This document shows positions 29,279-38,799 of a stretch of DNA of 64,000 bases, one piece after another (the first letter of the stretch is position 1; every line of letters begins with the position of its first letter). A program made the translations under genes and the position numbers. Source of the DNA: Spirochaetales bacterium (lineage in GTDB: Bacteria > Spirochaetota > Spirochaetia > SZUA-6 > JAFGRV01); contig JAFGWI010000033.1 in assembly GCA_016937215.1 (NCBI GenBank), forward strand, positions 16,266-80,265, given 5' to 3'. Under the pieces are notes generated by a model that saw only the letters and a list, made by a program, of their open reading frames with translations, had not been told where the DNA came from and did not search any database.

Positions 29279-30595
29279 TCATTCTCCTTGTAATAAAATT
29301 TCTTTATGGTCAATAAAATTCTGGTAACCGCTGGCGATAATCACATCACCTTCATTCAAACCTTCAAGCACCTCCACTCTGTTGGTTTGAGTCTCTCCAA
29401 AGGACACCTCAATCCTCTCTGCCTTAACCCCCGACACTTTGTAAACAAAACGCTGGCTACCCGTAGTAAGATAAGGTCCACGTGGAAGAAATAATGCATT
29501 TTCTTTTTTATTTATTTCAATGGTTCCAACAGCTGTTGAACCAAGCAGCAATGACTGGCCAGTATCAGGCTTGACCTTGACCAAAACAGTGGCCCCCAAA
29601 CCATCGGACGACATTTCTGCTACTTTACCAATGTTCAAAATTATTCCATACATTTCAATACCGGAAATAGTCAACACTATTTTCTGGCCTTCCTGAATAA
29701 CGCCCGCATAATCCTCCAAAACCTCAAGTTCCACAATAGCGCTTACAGGATCACTGATGGTGAATAACACAGAATTGGCGGTAATTAAACTTCCCGGCAC
29801 ACTTAACGAAGATTCCATAGACAAAATTTCTCCATTCATAGGGCTGGTCACTCTTAAATCCTTGATATTCTCGTTGGTTCTTTCTATTTTCGTTTCATAC
29901 TGTTTGATTTCAGCTGCCCTGATTTCAGAATCAATCTTCTGAAGCTCAATTTCCTGATTCAGGGAAATCTGGGTTTCATATCTGCTCTGCTTGAGTTCAT
30001 TCAATTTATCAATCGCAGCATCCAGATCAGACTGACGCCCGGCATTAATAGCCGCCAAATCCTGGTACTTCCCGACCTCTTCTTCAGCCTCCTTAATGTC
30101 CGCGTCAAACTTGGCCACATCCCTTTGCAATTTATCTAAATTGAATTTATTCTGGGCTATCGTTTTTTTAGAATTCAATTCAGCATTCTGGGTATTAATC
30201 TTCAAATCTTCAAGCTGCTCTTCCAGATCAGGCGCATATAACTGCGCCAGCAATTGGCCCTTGTAAACCGAATCACCCTCATCAGCAAAAAGCGATTCGG
30301 CATAAGCCTGCACAGAACTAATCACTTTAAACTGTGTGGGAATCACCACACTTCCCGAAGCCTGTACTGATTGAAGAAACTCTCCTTTCTGGACCTTGGC
30401 TGTCTGATAATTTTTTAAAACAAAACTATTCTGCTTTGGTAAAATGGTAAAATAAGCCACAATCCCCCCAAGAATGATCACAGCCATAATGAGCAAAAGC
30501 ATCTTCAGCTGTTTCTTCTGCTTTGGCGATTTAAAGGCTGTTATATTGGCATTCACAATCGAAACTTTATGCTCTCGTTCCCGCACTTGTTCCAT
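29279..30595 (-). CDS. Efflux periplasmic adaptor (MacA/HlyD-like)
   Basis: TM anchor, EGDSVYKGQLL lipoyl half, coiled coil, SPMNG and GLNEGDVII. Confidence 0.9.
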   Translation of the reverse strand: MEQVREREHKVSIVNANITAFKSPKQKKQLKMLLLIMAVIILGGIVAYFTILPKQNSFVLKNYQTAKVQKGEFLQSVQASGSVVIPTQFKVISSVQAYAESLFADEGDSVYKGQLLAQLYAPDLEEQLEDLKINTQNAELNSKKTIAQNKFNLDKLQRDVAKFDADIKEAEEEVGKYQDLAAINAGRQSDLDAAIDKLNELKQSRYETQISLNQEIELQKIDSEIRAAEIKQYETKIERTNENIKDLRVTSPMNGEILSMESSLSVPGSLITANSVLFTISDPVSAIVELEVLEDYAGVIQEGQKIVLTISGIEMYGIILNIGKVAEMSSDGLGATVLVKVKPDTGQSLLLGSTAVGTIEINKKENALFLPRGPYLTTGSQRFVYKVSGVKAERIEVSFGETQTNRVEVLEGLNEGDVIIASGYQNFIDHKEILLQGE

Positions 30596-30666
30596 ACTCT
30601 CCCCCTAAAAAATTAAATACTTTTCACTCAGTTCACATTGGACATTTTAAAAATACGACATTCCAA

Positions 30667-30712
30667 GGTAAAATGGGTTAAGGCTGTGTAAAAGCAATGT
30701 TAACTATGTAAA
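30667..30712. promoter_or_regulatory. Direct-repeat operator, OmpR/PhoB-type
   Basis: (T/G)GT(A/T)AA half-sites at 30667, 30676, 30687, 30698 and 30707; the middle three have 11 bp spacing. Confidence 0.5.
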
Positions 30713-30777
30713 ATTTTGCAGCTTTTAAACAAATATTCTTTATAATGGATTGTTCAAATGTTATAATTATAACAGAA

Positions 30778-30949
30778 GTATTTATTCAGCTTTTTTGGGC
30801 GTTACCCTATTCCGCTCCGCTCCAAAGGGCCCGGGCTTTGCGCTGCTCCGCTGTCGCTCCGAAATCCTCGCCTGCCAAATAGGCAGGCTGCGGGTTTCAT
30901 AAAAGCTTTTTTGAAAAAAAGCTTTTATGCCGCTCCAATCCCTAACGCG
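30778..30949 (+). repeat. Structured repeat family A, copy R5
   Basis: GTATTTATTCAGC, then GGGCGTTACCCT...CCGGGCTTTGCG...CATAAAAGCTTTT/AAAAGCTTTTATG...CCAATCCCTAACGCG. Confidence 0.85.
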
Positions 30950-31000
30950 TTACGCAAGGCAGCTTTTAAATAAGCAGATAATGCACTTTATGAATATAAC

Positions 31001-31100
31001 GGGGGTTTGGGGGCAGAGCCACCAGGAGAGGGGGCAGCGGAATAATCACAGCCACGGTGAAACCTGGTTGTGATTATGGAGCGAGGGGGAGACTTCCCCC
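31001..31100. repeat. Repeat family D, copy 2
   Basis: GGGGGTTTGGGGGCAGAGCC..AGGGGGCAGCGGAA[TAATCACAGCCA..TGGTTGTGATTA]TGGAGCGAGGGGGAGACTTCCCCC. Confidence 0.6.
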
Positions 31101-31140
31101 GACCTGAAACATTTTACCAATTCGGAAAAGAGACAAGGAA

Positions 31141-32868
31141 ATGAAAAACCATTTTGTAATTTATGTTATGGGTATTCTTTTATTTATAGCTGTCATTACT
31201 TTGGCCATACTGCAATCGGGTTGGGTTGATCAGGCGGCAGAAGCCAAAAAAGAAAACATCTATCGCAACATGCAAAACCGGACCAACCAGGCTAGTGACC
31301 AAATCAGGAGGGATTTCCGGCTCATCGAATCCATGTTGTCAATCGAACCTCAAATATATAAAAACAAGGACTGGTCTGGTTTTTATAAAAACATTCAGTT
31401 TCTACTGGATGACACTAATCTGAAGGAATATCTTCAGGATTTATATTTACTTCCTTTCAATCAATCAGAAGCTCCCTATCAATACAATTACGATACCGGC
31501 AAATTTGAAGTCATCACCATTCCGCCGAACTTTATCAAAATAAAGGAAATTGATACCAATGCCTGGATACCTTTCCCAATGCATTACAATAATAAATTTT
31601 ATATTATTCCCATAAACGAACATCTCCAGAACAGGCGGCCCGACCGGGCAGGCAGCACACTGGCTGTTATATTAATCAAATTCGATCTGGACTTTTTTTA
31701 TTCAACCATAATGCCTGCTTACTTAAACCAGATCTTCCCGGAATATGCCTTTTCCATTACAGATGGTGCTAAAATTTATTTTAAAACAGCTTCACTAAAC
31801 AATTCCCACAGCCGTAAGCCCGACTTTGTATTTCCTTTATATGATACCAACCGGGTAAAAATTGAAGCACCACCGCCTGACCCGACAACTTTAGAGGGTC
31901 AAAACTCAGAACATCCTGAATCAGAAATACGAAAGAATTTCCTTTTTTTCCGTTATTTTCAAAACATCGACAATCCGGCTCAAGCCATTGTCCTTGAAAT
32001 ATTTTATCCGGATATGTCCTTTGAAGATTCCATTAACCAGCAAACATTGACCAACAGAATACTAAGCATAAGTATTTTAACTCTACTGTTTTTCAGCTCG
32101 CTTTTTTTATACTGGCTCTATTCCAGGCTTACCAGAATCAGAAGCCAGGAACAGGAATTCGTCGCTTCCATCAGTCATGAACTCCGAACACCACTTGCAG
32201 TTATCACTTCCACATCGGACAATCTTCTGAGCGGGATTATCAATGATCAGGAGCAGATTAAAAAATACGGCAATGTTATCAATGGCCAGGCCAAGCGCTT
32301 GTCCCAGATGGTGGAAAATATTCTTTTTTATTCGGGCCTTGAAAAAACACAAAGGCATTTTGATTCAAAAAGCGCTACTGATATTATTAATTTAGCTGAT
32401 CAATTAATAAATATTCACAGGGATTTTTACCCGGCCATCAATTTTCAACATGAATACTCTCTGCACCATTCAATGGTCCAGGTCGATCCAAAAGCCCTTA
32501 ATTTGATAATGGAAAATCTGTTCATTAACGCCATTCGACACGGTACAATCAATAAATCTGGTATAGTACGAATCATTTTACGACCCAATATTCCCAAAGG
32601 AATCAAAATAATTATTGAAGACGAAGGGCCTGGCATTCTACAGAAGGATCAAAAACGAATTTTCCAGGCTTTTATCCGTGGTGAAAGAACCGTCAAAAAC
32701 CAGACACCCGGTAATGGACTCGGGCTTCATCTTGTAAAGCGAATATGCGATTTACTGAGCGGAACTATTAAAATCGAAAGCCCCTATTATAATATTACTA
32801 ATAGCAAAATCAAGGGCAGCCGGTTTATAGTCACCCTTCCCATAGAGGCCATAGAAAATGAATCCTAA
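31141..32868 (+). CDS. Sensor histidine kinase
   Basis: Two TMs, ISHELRTPL, ENLFINAIRH, EDEGPGI and GNGLGL. Confidence 0.95.
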   Translation: MKNHFVIYVMGILLFIAVITLAILQSGWVDQAAEAKKENIYRNMQNRTNQASDQIRRDFRLIESMLSIEPQIYKNKDWSGFYKNIQFLLDDTNLKEYLQDLYLLPFNQSEAPYQYNYDTGKFEVITIPPNFIKIKEIDTNAWIPFPMHYNNKFYIIPINEHLQNRRPDRAGSTLAVILIKFDLDFFYSTIMPAYLNQIFPEYAFSITDGAKIYFKTASLNNSHSRKPDFVFPLYDTNRVKIEAPPPDPTTLEGQNSEHPESEIRKNFLFFRYFQNIDNPAQAIVLEIFYPDMSFEDSINQQTLTNRILSISILTLLFFSSLFLYWLYSRLTRIRSQEQEFVASISHELRTPLAVITSTSDNLLSGIINDQEQIKKYGNVINGQAKRLSQMVENILFYSGLEKTQRHFDSKSATDIINLADQLINIHRDFYPAINFQHEYSLHHSMVQVDPKALNLIMENLFINAIRHGTINKSGIVRIILRPNIPKGIKIIIEDEGPGILQKDQKRIFQAFIRGERTVKNQTPGNGLGLHLVKRICDLLSGTIKIESPYYNITNSKIKGSRFIVTLPIEAIENES

Positions 32869-33550
32869 AAAAATACTAGTAATTGAAGATGAAGAAGGTT
32901 TGGTGCTTTCTCTGGAAGACCGTTTAAAAACCGAAGGATTTGAGATAACATCCTGTAGCGATGGTAATTCAGGAGAAACAGAAGCACTCTCAGGAAAATA
33001 CGATTTGATTCTTCTGGACATCATGCTTCCTGAAAAGGACGGTTATCAGATTTGCGAATCCATTCGAAAAGCAGAACTCCTGGTCCCTATTCTTATGCTG
33101 ACGGCCCGAAGCACCAATCTTGACCAGGTATTAGGATTACGAATAGGCGCTGATGATTATCTGCCCAAGCCCTTTGACATGCAGGTATTACTGGCTCATG
33201 TCAATGCCCTTCTCAGACGCGCGTCATATAACAACAAAGAACATGGTGTGAATATTATCAGCTTCGGTCATTTCACATTGGATATTTCAAAACACATTCT
33301 TAAGAAAAAAAACAAAGCTGTTCCCTTGAATGCACAGGAATATCGATTACTGGAGTTCTTAGTCAAAAACCCGGACCGGATTTTTTCCCGAGATGAGCTT
33401 CTGGATAGTGTGTGGGATTATGACAGCGTACTTACTACTCGGACAGTAGACGTACATATTGCCTGGTTGAGACAAAAACTGGAAGAGAAGGAAATTCCCC
33501 GGCATATAAAGACGATCCGGGGTTATGGTTATAAATTTAATCTAAAATAG
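32858..33550 (+). CDS. OmpR/PhoB-family response regulator
   Basis: ILVIEDE, LLDIMLP, GADDYLPKPF, RTVDVHI and IRGYGY. Confidence 0.95.
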   Translation: MNPKKILVIEDEEGLVLSLEDRLKTEGFEITSCSDGNSGETEALSGKYDLILLDIMLPEKDGYQICESIRKAELLVPILMLTARSTNLDQVLGLRIGADDYLPKPFDMQVLLAHVNALLRRASYNNKEHGVNIISFGHFTLDISKHILKKKNKAVPLNAQEYRLLEFLVKNPDRIFSRDELLDSVWDYDSVLTTRTVDVHIAWLRQKLEEKEIPRHIKTIRGYGYKFNLK

Positions 33551-33745
33551 CTTTTTACGAATAAATTAAATATATTTTAGAAGAATTATAATTATAATCT
33601 AACCTGAAGATACGCGAAGTTTCGCAGGCTGTTGAAAAAACCCTTGTTTTAAATATTTTCTCTTCCTCTTATTTTCTAAAATTCATGAAATAAATCTTAT
33701 TATGTTGCTGTAATTTATAATGCGCCTTAATTATAGACCTGACAT

Positions 33746-33900
33746 TCATTCTGAACGCGGCGAAGCGAAGAATCTCAGTTGACGATGAGCATGTTGATTC
33801 TCCAGTTGATTCTCTAATAGAGTGGTTGCGAGTAGGAAGGAAGCAATGCAGGATGAGAATCTTGTAGATTCTTCGTCGTACCTCCTCAGAATGACATCGG
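33746..33900. repeat. REP-doublet-like element (family C)
   Basis: TCATTCTGA..GAAGAATCT is inverted against AGATTCTTC..TCAGAATGA. The right arm is identical over 37 bp to 55358-55394. Confidence 0.75.
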
Positions 33901-34023
33901 TAACCATTTTTTAGTCCTGCTAGATGTTAAATATAAATCCAAAAAAAATGGGGGCAAAAAATCATGTGTAAATGCTTCAGATTTTACACCCCAGGGCAAC
34001 GCCCAAAACTGGGATCATTAATC

Positions 34024-34066
34024 GGGAAATTTTTTCCCATATTTCCAGTTTGAGTGATTTTTTCCC
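34024..34066. promoter_or_regulatory. Paired putative enhancer sites for an NtrC-family regulator
   Basis: GGGAAA-TTT-TTTCCC (34024-38) and GAGTGA-TTT-TTTCCC (34052-66), about 170-210 bp upstream of a sigma54 promoter. Confidence 0.5.
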
Positions 34067-34234
34067 ACTTTACAAAGCGTAATTTTTTATTCGCGCTCCA
34101 GCAATTTGAAAAAACTCGACGCGGAATCATTCCAGTTTTTTTATCCCGAATAATATTTCCTTCCAGTAAAACAAATTAACATAAGATTCCAGATTCTGAA
34201 TCCACGCGCGAACATTTAAGCCCGCCAAGGCACC

Positions 34235-34251
34235 TTGGCACATTTATTGCA
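34235..34251 (+). promoter_or_regulatory. Sigma54 promoter
   Basis: TTGGCACATTTATTGCA, a consensus TGGCAC-N5-TTGC. Confidence 0.85.
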
Positions 34252-34298
34252 ATACTAAAGATAACAGAAATTATTATGATCCAATAGGAGGAATCATT

Positions 34299-34820
34299 AT
34301 GAAAAGAACACTTTTAATCAGCCTTTTAATTATTGTCAGTTTGGTGACCTTTGCCAATGGCGATTCAGAATCACAAAACAATTCTGACAATACCCGCCCA
34401 ATACATGATAGCATTTTACAAGATGAAGCGATCATAACACTCACCGGTTCTGTTGCATTCGAAAACAGGATTCATCCGGAATTGACTGTGGGCGGCCAAA
34501 AATACCTTCTCATGGTTGGGCCTGCTATGCGCGATTATCCTGACACCTTAAAAGAGGGCCAGCAAGTCACAGTAGAGGGCTATGTTCTAACAGAGGAGCT
34601 AATCAAAAAACTGGAGGACGCTCGCGCTGATTATCAATCCAACCGAGGCAAAGGAAACATGATGGGCCCCTTGTACAACAGCACCGGCGATGAAAAAACA
34701 GTGATTGTTGAAGCAGTAACCATCGATGGCAAGCGTTATGAAATTGATTATGACAATTCCCGAAGAGGCAATATGCGCGGCAAATTCAACCGGGGCAAGG
34801 GTATGGGAAGAATGATGTAA
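34299..34820 (+). CDS. Exported protein with Gly/Met/Arg-rich segments
   Basis: RBS AGGAGG, signal ending FANG, C-terminal RGNMRGKFNRGKGMGRMM. Confidence 0.85.
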   Translation: MKRTLLISLLIIVSLVTFANGDSESQNNSDNTRPIHDSILQDEAIITLTGSVAFENRIHPELTVGGQKYLLMVGPAMRDYPDTLKEGQQVTVEGYVLTEELIKKLEDARADYQSNRGKGNMMGPLYNSTGDEKTVIVEAVTIDGKRYEIDYDNSRRGNMRGKFNRGKGMGRMM

Positions 34821-34837
34821 AAGAGCATTTATTTTAC

Positions 34838-34870
34838 AGGCCGAATATTTTATTATTCGGCCTTTTTTTT
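34838..34870 (+). terminator. Rho-independent terminator
   Basis: AGGCCGAATA...TATTCGGCCT followed by a T-run. Confidence 0.85.
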
Positions 34871-34911
34871 ACTGGAGCAATGGATCAAATCCTATTATGA
34901 TTTGAGGAATC

Positions 34912-36141
34912 ATGATGTCAAAGCTTAAAGATTTTGGGATATATTTTGTTTTTATTATCATCTATGCAATTCTCCTTGGAACCATTACCTTTTTATTTCA
35001 CAATGTCAAAACCAGGGATTCTGTTCTTTATGAATATGAAGCCTTTAGAAATGCTTTTGGCCTGCTGGAGGCCGCGCGTCAGAATATTCTCGATAGTGAT
35101 TACCTTGAAGAAAGGGGAGTCATCGGCTTCGGGGTTTATAATTTAAAGGGACAGATGATTTTCCAGTGGGGCAACGCGCCGGCCTTTATTGATACCAGCA
35201 AACCTATCATGAGCGAAAATCAGCTGCGACGAAATTCCCCGAGCAGAATTTATCAGTTTATCCAAGCAATCGGAAATATGCAGCCTTTTTTCAACCGCAT
35301 GGAAAGACGAATGATGAACATGGAGCGCCTGCCTGCTTATCTGTTCATGAATATTGATGCCAAAGAATATTTCAGGGGCCTTGATAAATTAAATATCACT
35401 GAATTCATTCTTCTAACATTAATCACTTGCATCATGGGGGCAGCCGCCTTTTTTTACCACAAACTAAAGCGCTCACAGCAAATACTCGCTCAAAAAGAAG
35501 AATTGGCGCGTCTTGGTGAAATATCAAGGACCCTTTCGCATGAAATCAAGAACCCTTTGGGGGCCATGCGAATCCAGACCGGGCTTTTAAAAAAAACAAC
35601 AGATCCCAAGCATCACCAGGATATTCTGCTGATAGAAGAGGAAATTGACCGTTTAAGCTTGTTAACCCGGAGAATAGGCGACTTTGTCAGAGATCCTTTA
35701 GGTCAGAATGACAAAATTGATCTGCCCGCTTTTTTAACACAAACACTAAAAAAACGAAATTCTTCAGTAAATTACCAGAATCATTTAAATGACAATGTTT
35801 ATGTTGTATTTGACAGGGAACGACTACGTTCAGTTATCGAAAACCTGGTTCAAAACGCCATTGAAAGCCACGAGCTAAAACAGGAACACACCAGCGTTCC
35901 TGAACTTCTTCTTCATAAAGATAATAATCATTATATTATATCCATACTCGACAGAGGCATAGGATTGCCCGAGGGCCAGGAAAACAGGATATTTGACCCG
36001 GCTTTTTCAAGTAAATCCTTTGGCTCCGGAATAGGCCTGTCCATTGCCAAACGCTTTATTGAAGCGCGTGACGGAAAAATCATTCTTCATCCCCGTGAAG
36101 GGGGAGGCACTGAAGCTCATGTGTATCTCAAAATTATTTAA
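34912..36141 (+). CDS. Sensor histidine kinase (NtrB/ZraS-like)
   Basis: LSHEIKNPL, NLVQNAIE, DRGIG and GSGIGL. Confidence 0.93.
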   Translation: MMSKLKDFGIYFVFIIIYAILLGTITFLFHNVKTRDSVLYEYEAFRNAFGLLEAARQNILDSDYLEERGVIGFGVYNLKGQMIFQWGNAPAFIDTSKPIMSENQLRRNSPSRIYQFIQAIGNMQPFFNRMERRMMNMERLPAYLFMNIDAKEYFRGLDKLNITEFILLTLITCIMGAAAFFYHKLKRSQQILAQKEELARLGEISRTLSHEIKNPLGAMRIQTGLLKKTTDPKHHQDILLIEEEIDRLSLLTRRIGDFVRDPLGQNDKIDLPAFLTQTLKKRNSSVNYQNHLNDNVYVVFDRERLRSVIENLVQNAIESHELKQEHTSVPELLLHKDNNHYIISILDRGIGLPEGQENRIFDPAFSSKSFGSGIGLSIAKRFIEARDGKIILHPREGGGTEAHVYLKII

Positions 36142-36151
36142 AGGTTGACCC

Positions 36152-37477
36152 ATGAAAATACTGGTTGTTGATGATGAAAAAAACATAAGGGAATCCATTG
36201 TTCGCTATCTGAAACTTGAAAAAATAGAGGCGTTATCCGCTGAAAACGGCTTATCAGCAAAAAGAATGCTGGAAGAAGATTCTTTTGATGCCGCGGTGAT
36301 TGATCTTAAAATGCCGGGCATGAACGGCCTTGAATTGCTTGCATGGATCAAGGAACAAGGCCCCAGCATTCCTGTTATCATGATATCCGCTTTTGGCGAG
36401 ATCAACGACGCGGTTGAAGCCATGAAAAAGGGAGCAAAGGATTATCTGGTAAAACCATTTGACCCTGAAGAATTGATGATACGCATTAAACGCCTGGTCA
36501 TGGAAAAAGTGAATCAGGACAGAGTGAACCTGGGCATGTCGGACAGCAATCCTAAGCTGGAATTATACGACAATAGCAGTTTGAGTAAAAAGCTGATGCA
36601 TTTAATCAATAAGGTAGCGCCCACTGATTCGACAGTATTGATAACTGGCGAAAGCGGTACCGGCAAAGAGGTTACAGCACGATTGATTCACAGCAAATCT
36701 CTCAGAGCAGACCGGGCTTTTGTGCCAATCAACATTGGAGGCATGCCAGAAAACCTTCTGGAAAGCGAACTCTTTGGCTATGAAAAAGGCGCCTTTACCT
36801 CAGCCAACACACAAAAAAAGGGAATCGTGGAAATGGCCTCAAGGGGCACACTTTTTCTTGATGAAATCGGCGACATGCCCCTCAGCCTTCAGGTGAAATT
36901 ATTGCGTTTTCTGCAGGATAAAAAAATTCAACGCCTGGGCGGAACTCAAAGCATACCCATTGACCTGAGAATCATCGCTGCCACCAACAAAAATCTGAAA
37001 AAGCTGATCGAGCAAAATCTCTTCAGGGAAGACCTTTATTTCAGGCTGAATATTATCTCCATTGAACTCCCTCCTCTTCGAGAAAAAATTGAAGAAATCG
37101 ATCAGCTTACAGGAATTTTCATAAAAAAATTCAACAAAACAATGGGAAGGTCCATTACCGGAATCACGCAAAAAGCCTTAAAAAAACTCAAGGACTATCA
37201 TTATCCCGGCAACATTCGAGAGCTGGAGAATATCATCGAAAGAGCCTTTATCCTCGCTGATACAAACGAGATCAGCGAAGGGGATATTGATTTATCATCA
37301 GACAATAAGCGAAAAATAACCATAACAGGCACCCTTGCCGAGCTAGAAAAAGAAACCATCCTTCAAGCACTCAATCGCTGGGAAGGAAATCGAACCAAAG
37401 CCGCTGAAGAACTGGGTATCACGCGGCGAACCCTTTTCAACAAGATCAAGGAATATCATCTTGATCCTGAGCCCTAA
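36152..37477 (+). CDS. Sigma54-dependent response regulator (NtrC/ZraR-like)
   Basis: Receiver domain, GESGTGKE, ESELFGYEKGAFTSA, FLDEIG and a Fis HTH. Confidence 0.96.
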   Translation: MKILVVDDEKNIRESIVRYLKLEKIEALSAENGLSAKRMLEEDSFDAAVIDLKMPGMNGLELLAWIKEQGPSIPVIMISAFGEINDAVEAMKKGAKDYLVKPFDPEELMIRIKRLVMEKVNQDRVNLGMSDSNPKLELYDNSSLSKKLMHLINKVAPTDSTVLITGESGTGKEVTARLIHSKSLRADRAFVPINIGGMPENLLESELFGYEKGAFTSANTQKKGIVEMASRGTLFLDEIGDMPLSLQVKLLRFLQDKKIQRLGGTQSIPIDLRIIAATNKNLKKLIEQNLFREDLYFRLNIISIELPPLREKIEEIDQLTGIFIKKFNKTMGRSITGITQKALKKLKDYHYPGNIRELENIIERAFILADTNEISEGDIDLSSDNKRKITITGTLAELEKETILQALNRWEGNRTKAAEELGITRRTLFNKIKEYHLDPEP

Positions 37478-37589
37478 GCATTTAAAAACCAAATGATAGG
37501 CCTTCCCATTACAAGATAAGCTATAGACAATTCGTATGATTCTGTCAAAGCCTCCATTCCGCAAAAGCCCCATTCAATTGAATATCAAC

Positions 37590-37741
37590 GGGAGGTTGCC
37601 CCAGCCCTGGAGGGCTCGGGCCGGGCTCTCCACCACTCCGCTATCGCTCCGAAGGTTTTCGCGCTGAAATAATCAGCGCGAAAACGCTTTGGCAAGGCAT
37701 TTTTAAAAAAATGCCTTGCCATGGCTTCGATCCCTAACCCC
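37590..37741 (+). repeat. Structured repeat family A, copy R6
   Basis: GGGAGGTTGCCC...GGGCCGGGCT...GTTTTCGCGCTGA-AATAA-TCAGCGCGAAAAC...TGGCAAGGCATTTT/AAAATGCCTTGCCA...TCGATCCCTAAC. Confidence 0.82.
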
Positions 37742-37835
37742 TTAATACGCTGCCGCAGCCCTTGGTGGAATAGCGACAAATAAATTTATTTCTTGACAAT
37801 TACCAAAAACATTGTATATTAAAGAGAGGACAAAA

Positions 37836-38525
37836 ATGACCAATAACGGACAAACAGGAAACGAACAAATCTATACCCTTACTGAAATAGCCCAATTTTT
37901 CAAAGTAGCAGAAAAAACCATTATCCGCATGATTCAACGGGGCGAAATACCTGCCATTAAAATCGGCTCACAATGGCGCTTTATCAAAGAAGAAATCGAC
38001 CAATGGCTGCATCAGCAAGGTTCTTCAAATAAAAAAGATCCCCTTGTACAGCTTCTTGAAAACAGCCCGGAAGAACTTCCTGTATCCCGATTAATCAAAC
38101 CGGAACATATCATCCTCAACCTTAAAGCGGGCTCAAAAGAGGATATTTTAATTCAGCTCACAGAAAGCCTTGTCAAGGAAGGCCTGGTTGAAGACCGCGA
38201 CTGGTTTGTAGAAAAATTACTGGCCAGGGAAGAAATGGCTTCCACAGCCATTAATATGGGTGTAGCGGTTCCACACTTCAGGCATCCCCAGGAAAACCGG
38301 ATTCTGGCCCCATTAGTGGTGCTTGGAATTTGCCCTGAAGGCACTGATTTTCAATCCCGGGATGGCGAAAAAAGCACAGTTTTTTTTCTGATTTGCACAT
38401 CCAGCGAAATTGCCCATTTGCGTATTTTATCCAAAATCGCGACATTTATCCAATCGAAAGAAAATTTACAACCGCTGATTGAATGTAAAACAAAAGAAGA
38501 GGTTATCAGCTTTTTTCTTTCATAA
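37836..38525 (+). CDS. HTH_17 (excisionase-like) fused to PTS EIIA (PtsN-like)
   Basis: YTLTEIAQFFKVAEKTI..IPAIKIGSQWRF, REEMASTAINMGVAVPH and HLRILSKIA. Confidence 0.9.
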   Translation: MTNNGQTGNEQIYTLTEIAQFFKVAEKTIIRMIQRGEIPAIKIGSQWRFIKEEIDQWLHQQGSSNKKDPLVQLLENSPEELPVSRLIKPEHIILNLKAGSKEDILIQLTESLVKEGLVEDRDWFVEKLLAREEMASTAINMGVAVPHFRHPQENRILAPLVVLGICPEGTDFQSRDGEKSTVFFLICTSSEIAHLRILSKIATFIQSKENLQPLIECKTKEEVISFFLS

Positions 38526-38594
38526 GCGCAGCTTTGTGTACTTTCCTTTATCATGATTATTTTGGACTAGCATCAAGAAAGGCTCAAAAAAAAT

Positions 38595-38668
<74 letters not shown>

Positions 38669-38799
38669 AATAGATGCAAAGTTTAGCCTGTTGAGTCATG
38701 GATGTCAACGGGGGCTTTAAAAAAATATTGAGTCCTCTTTATCCGTCGAAAACCATTCTAAAATAGAAGGACCACTAGAGCAGTCCCAGTCAATCACAT

